64,000 bases of DNA, from contig JBHGNT010000020.1 in NCBI GenBank assembly GCA_043228905.1, positions 12,214,001 to 12,278,000 on the forward strand, given 5' to 3'. A model generated the notes under the pieces. That model saw only the letters and a list, made by a program, of their open reading frames with translations. It was not told where the DNA came from and ran no database searches. A program made the translations under genes and the position numbers. The DNA comes from Azolla caroliniana (Eukaryota; Plantae; Polypodiophyta). Of the stretch, positions 26,660 to 39,635 are shown one piece after another; the stretch's first letter is position 1, and each line of letters starts with the position of its first letter.

Positions 26660-27720
26660 TTCTGCAAAAATATTGGAAAATTATTTAGGGCCGGAATATA
26701 GAGATACAGGAAAAGCAGAAATACACCCACTCAAAAGGGCATCTAAGTGCAAGAGAACACACTTCAGGGGCATTTATAGAAATGCAAGAAAACCACTTCA
26801 GGGGCATCTGCAGAAATATTGGAAAATTATTCAGGGCCTGAATACAGATATACAGGAAAAGTAGTTGAAATATAGGGAGAACCACTTCAGGGGCATATGC
26901 AGAAATACTGGGAAACCACTAAGAGTAGGAATACAGAAATAATACAGGAGAACTACTTCAGGGGCATATGCAGAAATACTGGGAAACCACTAAGAGTAGG
27001 AATACAGAAATAATACAGGGGAACTACTTCAGGGGCATATGCAGAAATACTGGGAAACCACTAAGAGTAGGAATACAGAAATAATACAGGGGAACTACTT
27101 CAGGGGCATATGCAGAAATACTGGGAAACCACTAAGAGTAGGAATACAGAAATAATACAGGAGAACTACTTCAGGGGCATATGCAGAAATACTGGGAAAC
27201 CACTAAGAGTAGGAATACAGAAATAATACAGGAGAACTACTTCAAGGGCATGAGCAGAAATACAGGAGAACCACTTTCAGGGGCGTTTGCAGAAATACGA
27301 GGAAACCACTCAAGGCCGGATATACAGAGATACAGGAGAACCACTTCAAGGGCACGAGCAGAAATACACAGGAGAACCACTTCAGGGGCATCTGGCAGAA
27401 ATACTAGGAAACCACTTAGGGGGCAGGAATACAGAAATACGAGGAGAACCACTTCAGGGGCATGAGCAGAAATACACAGGAGAACTACTTCAGGGGCATC
27501 TAACAGAAATACAGGAAAACCACTCAAGGGCAGGAATACAGGAATACATAGGAGAACCACTTCAGGGGGCATCTGGCAGAAATACTGGAAAACCATACAG
27601 GGGACAGACAGGAATACAGAAATATGTACAAGGAGAAGCACTTCACAGGGGCATCTGCAGAAATACACAGAGGAGAAGCACTTCACAGGGGCATCTGGCA
27701 GAAATACTGGAAAACCACAG
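26660..27720. repeat. 71-bp minisatellite (5 near-identical copies at 26885-27239) flanked by diverged copies and sub-units
   Basis: CTTCAGGGGCATATGCAGAAATACTGGGAAACCACTAAGAGTAGGAATACAGAAATAATACAGGAGAACTA at 26885, 26956, 27027, 27098, 27169; runs into (AGAAC)n and (GAGACA/GAGACCA)n just before the BPM start. Confidence 0.92.
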
Positions 27721-27933
27721 ACAAAAAGAAAGAACAGAGAGAGAAGACGGAATCAAAAGAACAGAACAGAACAGAACAGAACAGAACAGAGTTGATCGAT
27801 TCGCTCCTCCATAGATCTGCAGAGAGACAGAGACAGAGACAGAGACAGAGACTAGAGACCAGAGACCAGAGACCAGAGACAGAGACAGAGACCAGAGACC
27901 AGAGACAGAGAGAATTTGAAAGGTCTCTCGTCC

Positions 27934-30900
27934 ATGGCCCGTCTGCCCATGGCATTACCACCGCCTGTTGGGGCCGGCAGGCCTTCTGGTGAAACCATCG
28001 CCGCCGCCGCCGCCGCCGCCGCCGCCATCGCCACTCCTTCCTCTTCCTCCAGCTCCGTCACCGAGACAATCAATGGCTCCCACAACTTCACCATCGCTGG
28101 TTACTCCCTCGCCAAAGGCATGGGGGTAGGGAAATACATCACGAGCGACACCTTCTCCGTCGGCGGCTATCAATGGGCCATCTACTTCTACCCTGATGGC
28201 AAGAATGCTGAAGACAATTCTCTCTATGTCTCTGTTTTTATCGCGCTCGCCAGTGAGGGAACCGATGTTAGAGCGCTCTTTGAACTCACTCTTCTTGATC
28301 AGAGTGGGAAAGAGAAGCATAAAGTCCATAGCCATTTCGATCGCTCACTCGAAAGTGGTCCTTATACCCTCAAGTATCGTGGCAGCATGTGGTATTTGTT
28401 ATTATTCATTTCTTCTGTTCTGGTTTCTCTTTTTGCTTGTCTTAGGTTTTCTCTTCTGAGACATTGTGTTATAGGGTTTTGCTTCTGGTAACCATGTGGC
28501 GTAGGGTATTTTGCTTTTGATTCCCACGCCTTGTATAGGCTATTTTCTTTTGATGCACATGTGTTTTAGGGCGTTGTTTGCGCTTTTAGTCCCATGTGTC
28601 TCAGGGTTTTTCTTTCGATCCCTTGTGTTTTAGGGTTTTTCTTTTGATCCGATGTGCTTTAGTCATTCTATTTTGATCCCATATTATGTATTGTTTTGCA
28701 TTTGGTCCCATGTGTTTTAGTTTTTTTTTTTTGATCCTATGTGAGTTTAGAGGTTTTTACTTTTAATCATATGGGATTTGATGTTTTGCTTTTGATCCCA
28801 TGTGTTTTCTTGGATTTCTTCACGTTTTCAATAATTCTAATGGAATAAAGTAGCATGTCTTAACTATTCCGTTTTTGTTTTGATGATGCCTCTTTTATTA
28901 TTATTTGTTTTAAGGTTTCCTTTTGATCTCGTGCATTTAGGGGTTTCTGGTTGGTTAACATTATGTTCATGGGATGAGCTTTTTTTTTCTGATCAAACAA
29001 GAACGGTCTATAGTGTGTATATGATTGACAAAAACTTATGTTGACCATGTTTTGGATGGCCTGTCGATACATTCATAATCACGTGTTTTAGGGTTTTTCT
29101 ATTTACATTCTTCCTTGTTATGATTCCCTCCTGCGTTGGGAGGTCTGATCCTTTTTTCCCTTTTTTTGTATTCCTTCACCTTTGAGGCATCAGGATTCCA
29201 AAAGCCCTAGCCAAAGCAGAACTTTCAGTTCTAGATTCCCATGCAGCCCATGCTGTAAATGGCCATTCGTTCTCTCATCAGCTTTTGATGCTTAACAATA
29301 TTCCATGTTTGTGATAAACCATTGAGCTTATCATGCATAGAGATCTAAGAGTAAACTAGATAGTCTGACTAGTATCTTAAGGAAGACACTAGGAAGTTAA
29401 AGGAAAATTCAATTGAGCCCAAAACACTATATTTCACCACAAAAGCTGCATGCTTTTTAATGCAATGTGACTGCTATTTCTGCAAGAGATTAATTACATG
29501 ATTATCACTTGGATTAAGGTGATTATATATGTTTAAAGTCTGAGTGTTCAAAACAATGCTTCTCACGTGTGGTTTATGTTCATTCACTTTGACAATTGTG
29601 CTATATAAGCATGGTCATGGTACCTAGGGTCTGGGTTTAAGATGCATGCTTACTTGGACCAATGGCTTGTACTTGTAAGGGTTAGGAATGATGTCAATAG
29701 GGCTGAGAAATACTCAGGATTCACCCTAGTATCTCCTCTTTAGATGCAACAGTGGAGCTATGGCAGAAAAGATAGAGAAAGAGCAGTAGTTGGAGGAGCT
29801 CACATTTGAAGTGAGATCCAACAGTTTTTAACTTATGTTTTATATGACCTATTTAGGGTTGGCTAAGTTCACACTGAACTTGGCCCAAAAAATAGCGAAG
29901 AAGTGATTAGTGACTTTTGGCCTTTATAAATAGGCCTAAACAGATTTACACACTATAAGGGGTCATTAGGGCCTTTACCCCAAGATGGCTGAGAGCTGCT
30001 TACAATTAGTAGAAGTGAACATATGTGAGCATCTGAGAACTTATATTAAATTTCAGTGTGTTATTAAGGATTATGAGGTGTTCATATTAATAGTTTTGAA
30101 GCGTGTGTATAAGGCACTGACATCATGCCAGAAGTAGCATGTAGCATGTTTATGTAGTTAACGGGGGAGTTTTAAAGGAAGAAAAGATCTATGTCTGTTA
30201 GGTTTTGTACTGAGAGTGTTTGGATTATTGTCGCTTTACTCATGGAAGTTTCTATTCTAATCTAGATCATAGATTAAGATTTCTGCTGTTTTATCAGAAA
30301 TTAGTGTTTCTGCTGCTTGTTTTCACAGTTTTGAATCTAGGTGTTTCAGCAGCATGTGTAATATGGAAACCATTTCCCCCATTCCAATCAAACCTGAAAC
30401 TATGTTTACAATATATTAATTCCTGATCAGACATTGTGGAAATAGTGAATGTGGTTAGAGGGATAGAAAGGGAGTGAAAAATGTCAGTGGTTTGATCATG
30501 TTAAAGATCTAGAGCATGAATTCATTGGACTCACAAACTTCTGACCTGCTTGAAAATCGGGTAACGATCTGGTGCTGCTATGCTGGCCATCTGATGGGTT
30601 GTAATGTTATAACACCTAATGTAAATGTATGACCAGCCTCCTATAACGATAAAGGGGACAAGGATCAAATTACAATACCATTATTAGTATGAAGTTATCT
30701 TGTAGATTGTACTTGAAGTATCTGTAAATCAGGTACTTGCCACAGCTGACCAATGTTTAATAAATATTCGTATGCTTGAATGGTGTGATCAGTACTGGCA
30801 TCCCTCCCCCAACTCTGTCTATAAATGAGGGGAATGAATAGAAAGGAAAGGGCTCTCCAGTCTACAGTTCCGAGATGAGTTAGTAGAACAATAACCATTT

Positions 30901-32961
30901 GAGCCTTCTCAGCCATTTTTCATCAGAATAGAGCTTGGCTCCTCTATTATCAATATTAGTAGCGCCGTGCTACTACTTGGCTGTCTGTAATCTCTACGTG
31001 CTGCCACACTAGTGTATTACTTACTGTTAATTTTATTGCCCATTGCTCTGTGTGGACTTATCACAGTTTGTGGTGTTAACTCTCCATGTAATCGCTTTCC
31101 AATGTGGATTGTAAGTAACTAACTGTTTGTCCTTAACGGAGTCCAACTGATGCGTGTCCTACACACAAACTGCTGGACTATTGTTGACCTACGTTGACTC
31201 ATCAATACCACAATCAATACACACATAGCTTGATATGATGAGTAGATATCTGGCGTTCTCTGCAATATCATGTGCATACCAGAAGCTTTGTCACCAAAAG
31301 CTAGTAGCTTTTATTAGTATAAAGTTGAGGATGATTTTCAGAAAAGCTGATAGAGTATATATTGGAACTCATTTGTTTCAGTAAAACGATGACTTGTTTT
31401 AATTCTGATGTGGCAGACCTGTTTTGGAGGGCTTCAAATGGCCACCTCAGTATTAAACTCGACATCATTGCTTGCAACATTTAACCTGTTATTCAACTAA
31501 CCAAAAGGAATTTAGCCTTACTTTGCAAACGTTTATAGATGATGCATTATAATATCAAGACACCATTCCATCCATATTATTGTGTTAATTTATGTCATGG
31601 AGTTAAAGAAAATTCTATCAATCTCATAACTCCTTGGCAATAAAAAACATAACGAAACTAAACCAGATGCCCCTTGCAGATTTAGATGCATATGCAACTC
31701 ATGCTTTTAATGACCATTCTTTCTCATAATCCTCTTGAGCTCTATTATGTTGAAAATCCTGTGCAAACCAAAGAGAATCCTAGGCAACAATTTTTTTTAA
31801 TGCGATGAAGCTAAATGAAAATCCTATGTGGAGGTAGATCTAATGTAACTCATGCTTACGATGAATTTTCTTTCTTCTTTTCCACTTCAATTTTATTGTT
31901 CCCTGTTTTTTTGATGCTTAGTTATAGCTTTGTTGGCTAGAAAAATAAATCTGTTCTATCATGAACAGGGGTTATAAGCGGTTTCTAAGGAGAGCAGTAC
32001 TGGAAACGTCTGATTTTCTTCGGAATGACAGCCTTGCTGTAACATGTACTGTTGGTGTGGTGGTCTCGGCAACACAGGGGCCAAAGCTGTATAGCATCAA
32101 TGTGCCTGAGTCTGATTTAGGTTTGCACTTTGGGAAGCTATTAGAAAGTGGGGAAGCTACTGACGTAACTTTTGAAGTTAATGGAGATACATTTCACGCA
32201 CATAAGCTTGTCTTAGCTGTACGCTCACCTGTTCTAAATGCACAACTACTTGGATCCTCTTGTGAAGCCAACACTGCAATTCGTGTTGATGAGATGGAGC
32301 CCAAAGTTTTCAAGGTTAAGTATTTCATTACGTAGTGGCACTTTAACTTTTCATACATGGGGTTTAATCTATTCCTGACATTTGAGTTGTTGGGTTTACT
32401 CCATGTTTTTGTAGGCAATGCTACACTTCATTTATACAGATTCTCTCCCCGAGTCTGTGGACAGTGATGGTGACAATGATGCTTTTCCAGTAACAATGGC
32501 TCAAAATCTTCTAGCTGCTGCAGATCGATATGGATTGGATCGGCTCAGGTCATTGTGTGAGTCGAGGCTATGTGAGGAAGTGAATGTGCAGACAGTAGCC
32601 ACGACATTGGCTCTAGCAGAGCAACATCATTCCACGCAACTCAAAGCTGTCTGTTTAAAGTTTGTGGCAGCTAATCTAACAGGTATTTTCTGTCTCTTTT
32701 GTTCATTTTCCTTTGGAAACATGGTATTTCTATCTCAATCCTTACTCTATGTGGTTGATAGCGGTGATGATGTCAGATGGCTATGAGTATCTTCGAGAAA
32801 GCTGTCCGTCCTTGCAAACTGAGCTTTTGGAAGCAGTGGCTTTGGTTGACGAAGAGGCGGGGGTAGGTGTTCCCACTGTTGTGAACCGTAGACCAGCTAT
32901 ATGGGTGCCTGTATTGGATGGTTCAGATGCCAATGGCCGGCGTGTGAGGCAAACAATGTAG
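27934..32961 (+). CDS. BPM: BTB/POZ-MATH protein (CUL3 substrate adaptor); exons 27934(or 27949)-28391, 31969-32314, 32415-32682, 32762-32961; ~423 aa
   Basis: MATH domain [26 protein letters not shown]...YFYPDGK...[11 protein letters not shown]|GYKRF; [24 protein letters not shown]...MLHFIYTD...[13 protein letters not shown]; C-terminal GRRVR; conserved four-exon BPM structure in frame. Confidence 0.96.
28465..29100 (+). repeat. Degenerate ~30-bp repeat (TTTTGATCCCATGTGTTTTAGGGTTTT) with telo-box variants at the start of BPM intron 1
   Basis: About ten copies of TTTGATCC(C)ATGTG...TTAG(G)GTTT; exact TAGGGTTT at 28472, 28631 and 29089. Confidence 0.7.
30605..31086. mobile_element. Possible solo LTR in BPM intron 1
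   Basis: TG...CA ends, flanking TGTAA on both sides (30600-30604, 31087-31091), TATA-like CTATAAATG near 30819; no second copy in the window to confirm. Confidence 0.25.
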
Positions 32962-33109
32962 GCCACACCAATAAAAGCTAAAAGCCTGGTTGGTGAATAC
33001 GTGAAAAGTGTATGTGAAAGCATATCAACATATGTGTGAAAAAGCTTATCAGAATATATATATGGGGAGGGCTTATCACAATCAATTTATGTGAGTTTAT
33101 TGCCAGATG

Positions 33110-33157
<48 letters not shown>

Positions 33158-34660
33158 CACATACACACACACATTGCCTTCAATGTTATTATTTGATGAG
33201 GCTTCCCTGTTTTTATTTTTATTTTTTTCATTGGAGGGAATGACTTGGCTGAAAGTTTGTTGGGCTTCAGATGCCGAAGAAATCAGTCTTCTGCAGAAGT
33301 TTCTCCCAATCCATTACGCTAGCGATCAAATCTATTTTTGCTACCATGCTTTGGCCCCAAAGTTTGGTGTTTGTTTATATGTAAGCTCACAGTACTTCAT
33401 CCGTTTTCATCTTTTAGGAAACTTTCTGGTTGTATACCAATCTGTCTTTTGTATTCTCCTTTAGGAAACTAATGTACAATATGCGACAATGAATGATGTG
33501 TTGAATAACCACAAATCGAATTTTAAGATTCTGAAGCAATTTGACCTATATATTTCTGTGTTTGAATCTATGATTGCATGGATTCTTGAGCATGTTCATC
33601 ACTATGGTCTGTCAAGCCTTTATGTTTGTGGTTCTGTTATCATTATGGTCTGTCAAGCCTTTATGTTTGTGGTTCTGTTATGCCTGTAGTATATACATAA
33701 ACAAAAACTCGTTATAATTAGGTTAATTATAGTTGGTACCACAATCATCATAGTTATCAGAACCATCACCATGATGGTGATAGAAAGGAGATATATACAT
33801 GTGCTCTTGAGTGAATAGTTGCAGACGTAACAATGGCTTGTGGTATGACCACCTCATTGCGACTCATGAAGGTTGTCTCTATACATGGGCTTACCAAACC
33901 TAGCAGTTGTATAATGTTTAGCATTGACTCATTGACCACTTATATTACTGATCACCAACCCTTAACCACTAAACCTAATTATTGAATCCTCTTGTCTAAA
34001 CTTGTTGCTCAATTTGATCATTCTATGTAGGAGCATGCAACGTGGTTTGTATACAGAACCGTTGAAAACTTTGCCAACCCTAACTTCAAATAAGCTTTGC
34101 TTCGAGGGTGGTTGATAAATCTACTCAACTAAGCCTTCTATTTGGGGTGAAGGACTACTCAAAATCTGCACATTTCTTATGTATACACATACCTTTGGGC
34201 AATGGCAATGTCTTGCATTTATCCACGAACTCATCGACCTTATGTGTCTTGACTCATTTATTTGTTTGGGCTACCAAAATTTGGATAGCCCTGCCTATCT
34301 CTTATTATGGGCTAACTAGATATGAGAAGGTGGATTCATGCAATATGTTTCTGTTAGAAATATGAGTGAGAGGACGATGCATACTCAAGAGAACGTGAAC
34401 TAAATAAATCAGCCTTCATAAGAGCAATTACTAATACAAAAGATCTTGAGATATGAAACAACTACTCAAATTAGCGATGGTATGTACAACACACGCACAC
34501 ATGTATTGTATGTGTGGTACATACAATATGAGCACACATGCATATCAATCACATTGTATGTATGCACAAAAATACACACGTATTGTAGAATACATACATT
34601 GTAAGAGCAATTACGAGTGCATACACATAATGCATTGCACATTGTACATACATACATATA

Positions 34661-35325
34661 CATAGAATATGATGTAAGAAACTTACAAGTGCATGCATAC
34701 ATATACATATACATAGAATACGATGTGAGAAACTTACAAGTGCATACACACACACACACACACACACACATAGAATATGATGTAAGAAACTTACAAGTGC
34801 ATACATACATACACACACACATACATAGAATATGATGTAAGAAACTTACAAGTGCATACATACATACACACACACACATACATACATAGAAACTTACATA
34901 CAACTGCATGCATACATACATGACATGACATGCCATACATACATAGAAACTTACATACAAGTGCATGCATACATACATGACATGACATACATACATACAT
35001 AGAAACACACACACACACATAGAATATGATGTAAGAAACTTACAAGTGCATGCACACATACATACATCCATCCATCCATACATACATACACACACACACA
35101 CATACACATACACACACATATACACATACACACACACATACACACACACACATACATACATACATACATACATACATACATACATACATACATACATACA
35201 TACATACATACATACATACATACATACATACATACATACATACATACATACATACATACATACATACATACATGCATGCATGCATACATGCACACACACA
35301 CACACAACATATACACACACACACA

Positions 35326-35357
<32 letters not shown>

Positions 35358-35623
35358 TACACACACATACATACACACACACACACATACATACATACAT
35401 ACATACATACATACATACATACATACATACATACATACATACATACATACATACATAGAATATGATGTAAGAAACTTACAAGTGCATACATACATACATA
35501 CATACATACATACATAGAATATGATGTAAGAAACTTACAAGTGCATACATACATACATACATACATACATAGAATATGATGTAAGAAACTTACAAGTGCA
35601 TACATACATACACACATACACAC

Positions 35624-35672
<49 letters not shown>

Positions 35673-35690
35673 AACTTACAAGTGCATGCA
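34661..35690. repeat. Composite array: 34-bp palindromic core (CATAGAATATGATGTAAGAAACTTACAAGTGCAT) x8 plus partials, separated by variable (AC)n/(ACAT)n tracts
   Basis: Cores start at about 34661, 34712, 34769, 34824, 35018, 35454, 35513, 35568; internal inverted repeat TGTAAG-AAA-CTTACA. Confidence 0.92.
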
Positions 35691-35834
35691 TACATACATA
35701 CACATAACATAACACACACACACATAGATTGCATACATATGTGTACACAAATGCGTACATGTACAAAAAGCAAGAAGGGTACATAGCCAAAGTACAGAAC
35801 CAAGAAGAAGAAGAAGAAGCAGCTGATTGGATGG

Positions 35835-35871
<37 letters not shown>

Positions 35872-36511
35872 CAGGGGAGGAGAGAGCGGGATTTAGTTTC
35901 TAAAAGGGGGATATCGGTCGTATCAGGCTATGGAGGTGGAGGCCCCTGCTGCTCCCATTGGCTGCCTCTCTCGATCCGGAAGGAGGGCAGCCCCCACCCC
36001 ACCTTTTTCCATATCCTCCTCCCCCAATCTGCATGATCCTCCCCCCCCCCCCTCTTTCGTACTTCTTTTAGTTACCAAAACAGGAAACAAAGTTCGTACG
36101 GCACCCCCCTGCTCCTATCTATCTATCTATCTTTTGCTCTACTCGCCTGTTCCTGCTCCTGTTCTTTTTTGTCTTCATTTTTTTTTCTCTCCTGAGCTAT
36201 ATGGCTATCCCCTGTTTTTTCTGAGTGTGTGAGTGTATCTATATACCATTCTTCTTCCTTCCCCTCTTTTGGGTTCCTCTCAAATCCCCCATTTTGGGCA
36301 TTTTCCTGGGAGGTGCTTGCTTTCTTGCTCCCAACTTCATCCCTCTCCAACGACTGGAGACACTGCTCCTTAAAAAGGGAAGGGAAACTAACTACTTAGG
36401 TATCTCATCTCAACCAAGCCCCCCCCCCCCCCCCCCTCTCCCCCCCAGAAAAAAAAGAAAGAAAAAGAAAGGGGAGATTAGTTTGCCTGTTTCTGTTAGA
36501 AGAAGCTGAAG

Positions 36512-38110
36512 ATGGACCCCTGCTTAGCTTCACTCTTCATGGATGAGGAAAGGCTCCTATCTGCATCATCAATCATCTCATGGGAAACACCACATGAGGT
36601 AACACAAAACAACAAACAAAATTTAAGTGGTTCATTCTATAATTAGGAAGGCAAAAAGGAAATAGAGGCTAGCTAGATAGAGAGAGTATTAATATATAGC
36701 TACATGCTAATATCCCAAGATGCATTGTATGGGATGCTGATGCTCTTGCCTTCTGCCTACATTTCTAAATCAATAAACTTCTGATTTTAGTCCCATCTTC
36801 AGTCTCTCAAGTCAGTCTTTCGATCTCGTTTTGCACAGAGCATCGATGAGCTCCGGCATAAGGTCGCATGTGCCGTGTCGAAGCTGAATGCTCTGAGAGA
36901 AGCCACTAAACTGCAAGAGAGGATTGCTGAATCCGAGTTGCGATGCCTGCAAGAAGTATTAGGAACCATGAAGAAAGAGAGAGATGAAGCTGTACTGCAA
37001 GTAAAACAGCTGAAGGAATCACTCTCGGAATTGTGGAGCCCTACTAGGGAATCGACATGTCAAGTAGCTCCTCCCAATACGAAACATCCATTTTCACATT
37101 CTTCGGGCCTTGGATGCCTTGGCTCTAGTCTTGAATATCCACAACAAATTCACATGGACATCTTTAGCGAAGTCAATCAAAGTTGGGTCGATTCCGCACC
37201 TGAGCAATTAGGTCTGGCCGACATTGACATGCTCGATGAAGATCATGAGATCTTAAACATGGGTAGTTTGAACATGGTTAATGATCAATGTGTCTATAAG
37301 CCACATTCTGATGTAGAAGCACATCTACAAAGGCAATCTTCCATTGTTTCAACATCGAGTTGGGGAACGGATTTGCAAAGACAGTCCTCGATTGTCTCGA
37401 CTGCCAGTGAGGGAAAACCTCCAACTAGGCAGTCGTCCCTTGTCTCCACGGCAGCTTCTCGGTTTCACAACTATTCCGATAGCGAGAAACCATCAGATAA
37501 TATGGCAACTTATGCGCCTCTCCCAGCCGTGTTCTCGAATCATCAATCTCCCAGAATGGCAGTGAAGAAAGCATGTGTGAAGAGAGGCACATCACCTAAG
37601 CATGTGATGGAGAATCCATCAACTCCGAATCCAAAAACGGAGAAGCCATTGATGCTTTCTTTCACGCCTCCATCGAAAACTCTGACACTAGTTTCGTCAT
37701 TGAGTTCGCCGACAGTGTCGGGTATATCGATTCCATCCCAACAATCAACTAACAAGGGTCGCAGTTCATCCAACTCATTGTTGCCTCAAAAGAGGCATCT
37801 TTCCGAGCCACTTGAGTTGGATATTCTAGAAGATTCCATGATCACCTCATTGCCTGAGAAAGGAAAGCTTCTCGAAGCTGTCTCCAAAGCAGGGCCTCTG
37901 CTACAAGAACTTCTTGTCATAGGGACATTACCTGATTGGAACAATCCACCACCAATGATGGATATACCAATGGTGCCTATTGCATCAAATATTTCATCAT
38001 TCCCACTTCCGGATATCCATAGCAATCTCCCTTTGTGCACACTTAGTTTGCCACCGTATCTCTTCGATTCGCATAAACTCCAATCTAATATGCACATGGT
38101 GCATAGCTAG
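36512..38110 (+). CDS. DUF1635 family protein; exons 36512-36598 and 36839-38110; ~452 aa
   Basis: N-terminal coiled coil E|SIDELRHK...KERDEA and the C-terminal signature LPEKGKLLEAVSKAGPLLQELLVIGTLPDWNNPPP; GT-AG intron in phase 0. Confidence 0.85.
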
Positions 38111-39300
38111 AGGCGATGGCATGCACCATGAAGCATTAAGAAAAATTGTGGCCTTACCTTAACCAACCAACCCTTTGGAATGCATGTGAGTGTAAATTAT
38201 TTGTACATGCTTGTGATCTCTTCCTACATGGTTTATTCTAATTAGTGGAAACCTTTGTGAGAGAAGACACGTGCCTAAGTCAATGTAAAGAGTTCATCAT
38301 AACTATAGCTGGTACTCAGTTTTGTTTTCACAATGCCCTCGAAATATCAATGTGATAGATATTGTATGCATAGTTTTAAGTAGACAGTTGAATGCTTCAC
38401 TAACAAGGGATAATGAAGCTCAAATTTGGGTTAGTAGCTATATGTTTGTAAATGGAAACACATGCACACGCACACACACATGATTCTCTCTTGGTCTCTA
38501 TCTTATATCTTAGGCACAGACTGTTTCATGATCCTTGACACATTTGAACTTGGAATAACCGTATTTGGAGTGCCGATGAAATCCCTCGGTGTCTTGCTGG
38601 CTCTGATTAGCACCAATAAAATAAGCCATAAAACATCCCTTTCATTCATATTGATCCCAGCAAACATTCCCAAATCAGAAAAAAAGGACCATCTCTTTAT
38701 AAACATTTTTGTGTCTCTCATTTATGTCATAGTTTCCCTTGAATGCAATCTCTTTCTCTATCTCTCTCTCTTTTTGCTTGGTATTTTGCACTATACCATC
38801 AAAGTCATGATAAAAGCCAGAGAACTTTCACTTCAATCCTCACCATGGGCTCCACCAGTGCACTAAATTATATTAGTTCCTGATAAAACATGATGGTATA
38901 TGTCATCACTATAATAGGCAAACAATACAAGCAAGATAAGACTCTTTGTGAAATTTCTATAAAAGGAAAGGGAATATGATAAGACTAATAAGAAGCATCC
39001 ATGGTAAAGACAAGATGGTGGAAACTTGTAAGCAGTAGGGGTTGTGTCTGATGAAAGAAAACCCCACCATTGACACGAAAATCTATCGGCGGGGGACAAA
39101 CTAGAACTCTATCCGAGCTCTAAGAATCTTCGTTGTATTCAAATGAATCCTAATGAGTACTCTTCTAGATACCAACCCCTTACCTTATGAGTCTCTAACC
39201 ATAGGTGCTCCAAATAAGAGGCTCCAAGGGCCTTTCAATGGTTCATATATGTATTGAGTTGAAAGACTCCACCACAACCTTTTGACCCGTGGAATAACCC

Positions 39301-39635
39301 TAACAATAGCCAACGGTTCAGTTTGAACCGAACCGAAGTGTGAAACTATGGCTTAACGGTTTAAACGGTTGGAAACTGGTTTAAACAATTTTAAGCTTAA
39401 TTCTCACATTTTAAGAAAAATCTTTAAATTTTGAATTTTGACCTAACTTGAAAATTAAAATCAAACCACTAAATCGTGAGTTTAATAATTTAATGGTTTA
39501 ACGGTTTGGATTTTTTGTAATGGTTTCCGTTTCAACGGTTTCATGGTTCGGTTTAAGTTTCAAATTTTTGTAACTGTTCACTTTTAAACCGGTTTGGTTT
39601 TGATACTTTCAAACCAAACCGAACCATTGTCGATC
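39301..39635. mobile_element. Second, more degraded copy of the hAT-type MITE (inverted relative to 845-1347)
   Basis: Begins TAACAATAGCCAACGGTTCAGTTTGAACCGAACCG, ends CCGAACCATTGTCGATC; 8-bp TSD AATAACCC (39293-39300, 39636-39643). Confidence 0.75.

Noticed and set aside
27181-27992. Repetitive ORFs upstream of BPM
   Set aside because: Produced by the minisatellite; the 71-bp period is not a multiple of three.
29674-30433. Second solo LTR in BPM intron 1
   Set aside because: TG...CA ends and a TATA-like motif are present, but there is no matching TSD and no second copy.
33604-33682. 43-bp tandem duplication 3' of BPM
   Set aside because: Real but an ordinary two-copy local duplication.
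34661-35690. CRISPR array
   Set aside because: Spacers are microsatellites of very unequal length, there are no cas genes, and the context is a plant nuclear genome.
34466-35803. 445-aa ORF and overlapping CMYV/HTYI ORFs
   Set aside because: Translations of (AC)n/(ACAT)n repeats that lack stop codons.
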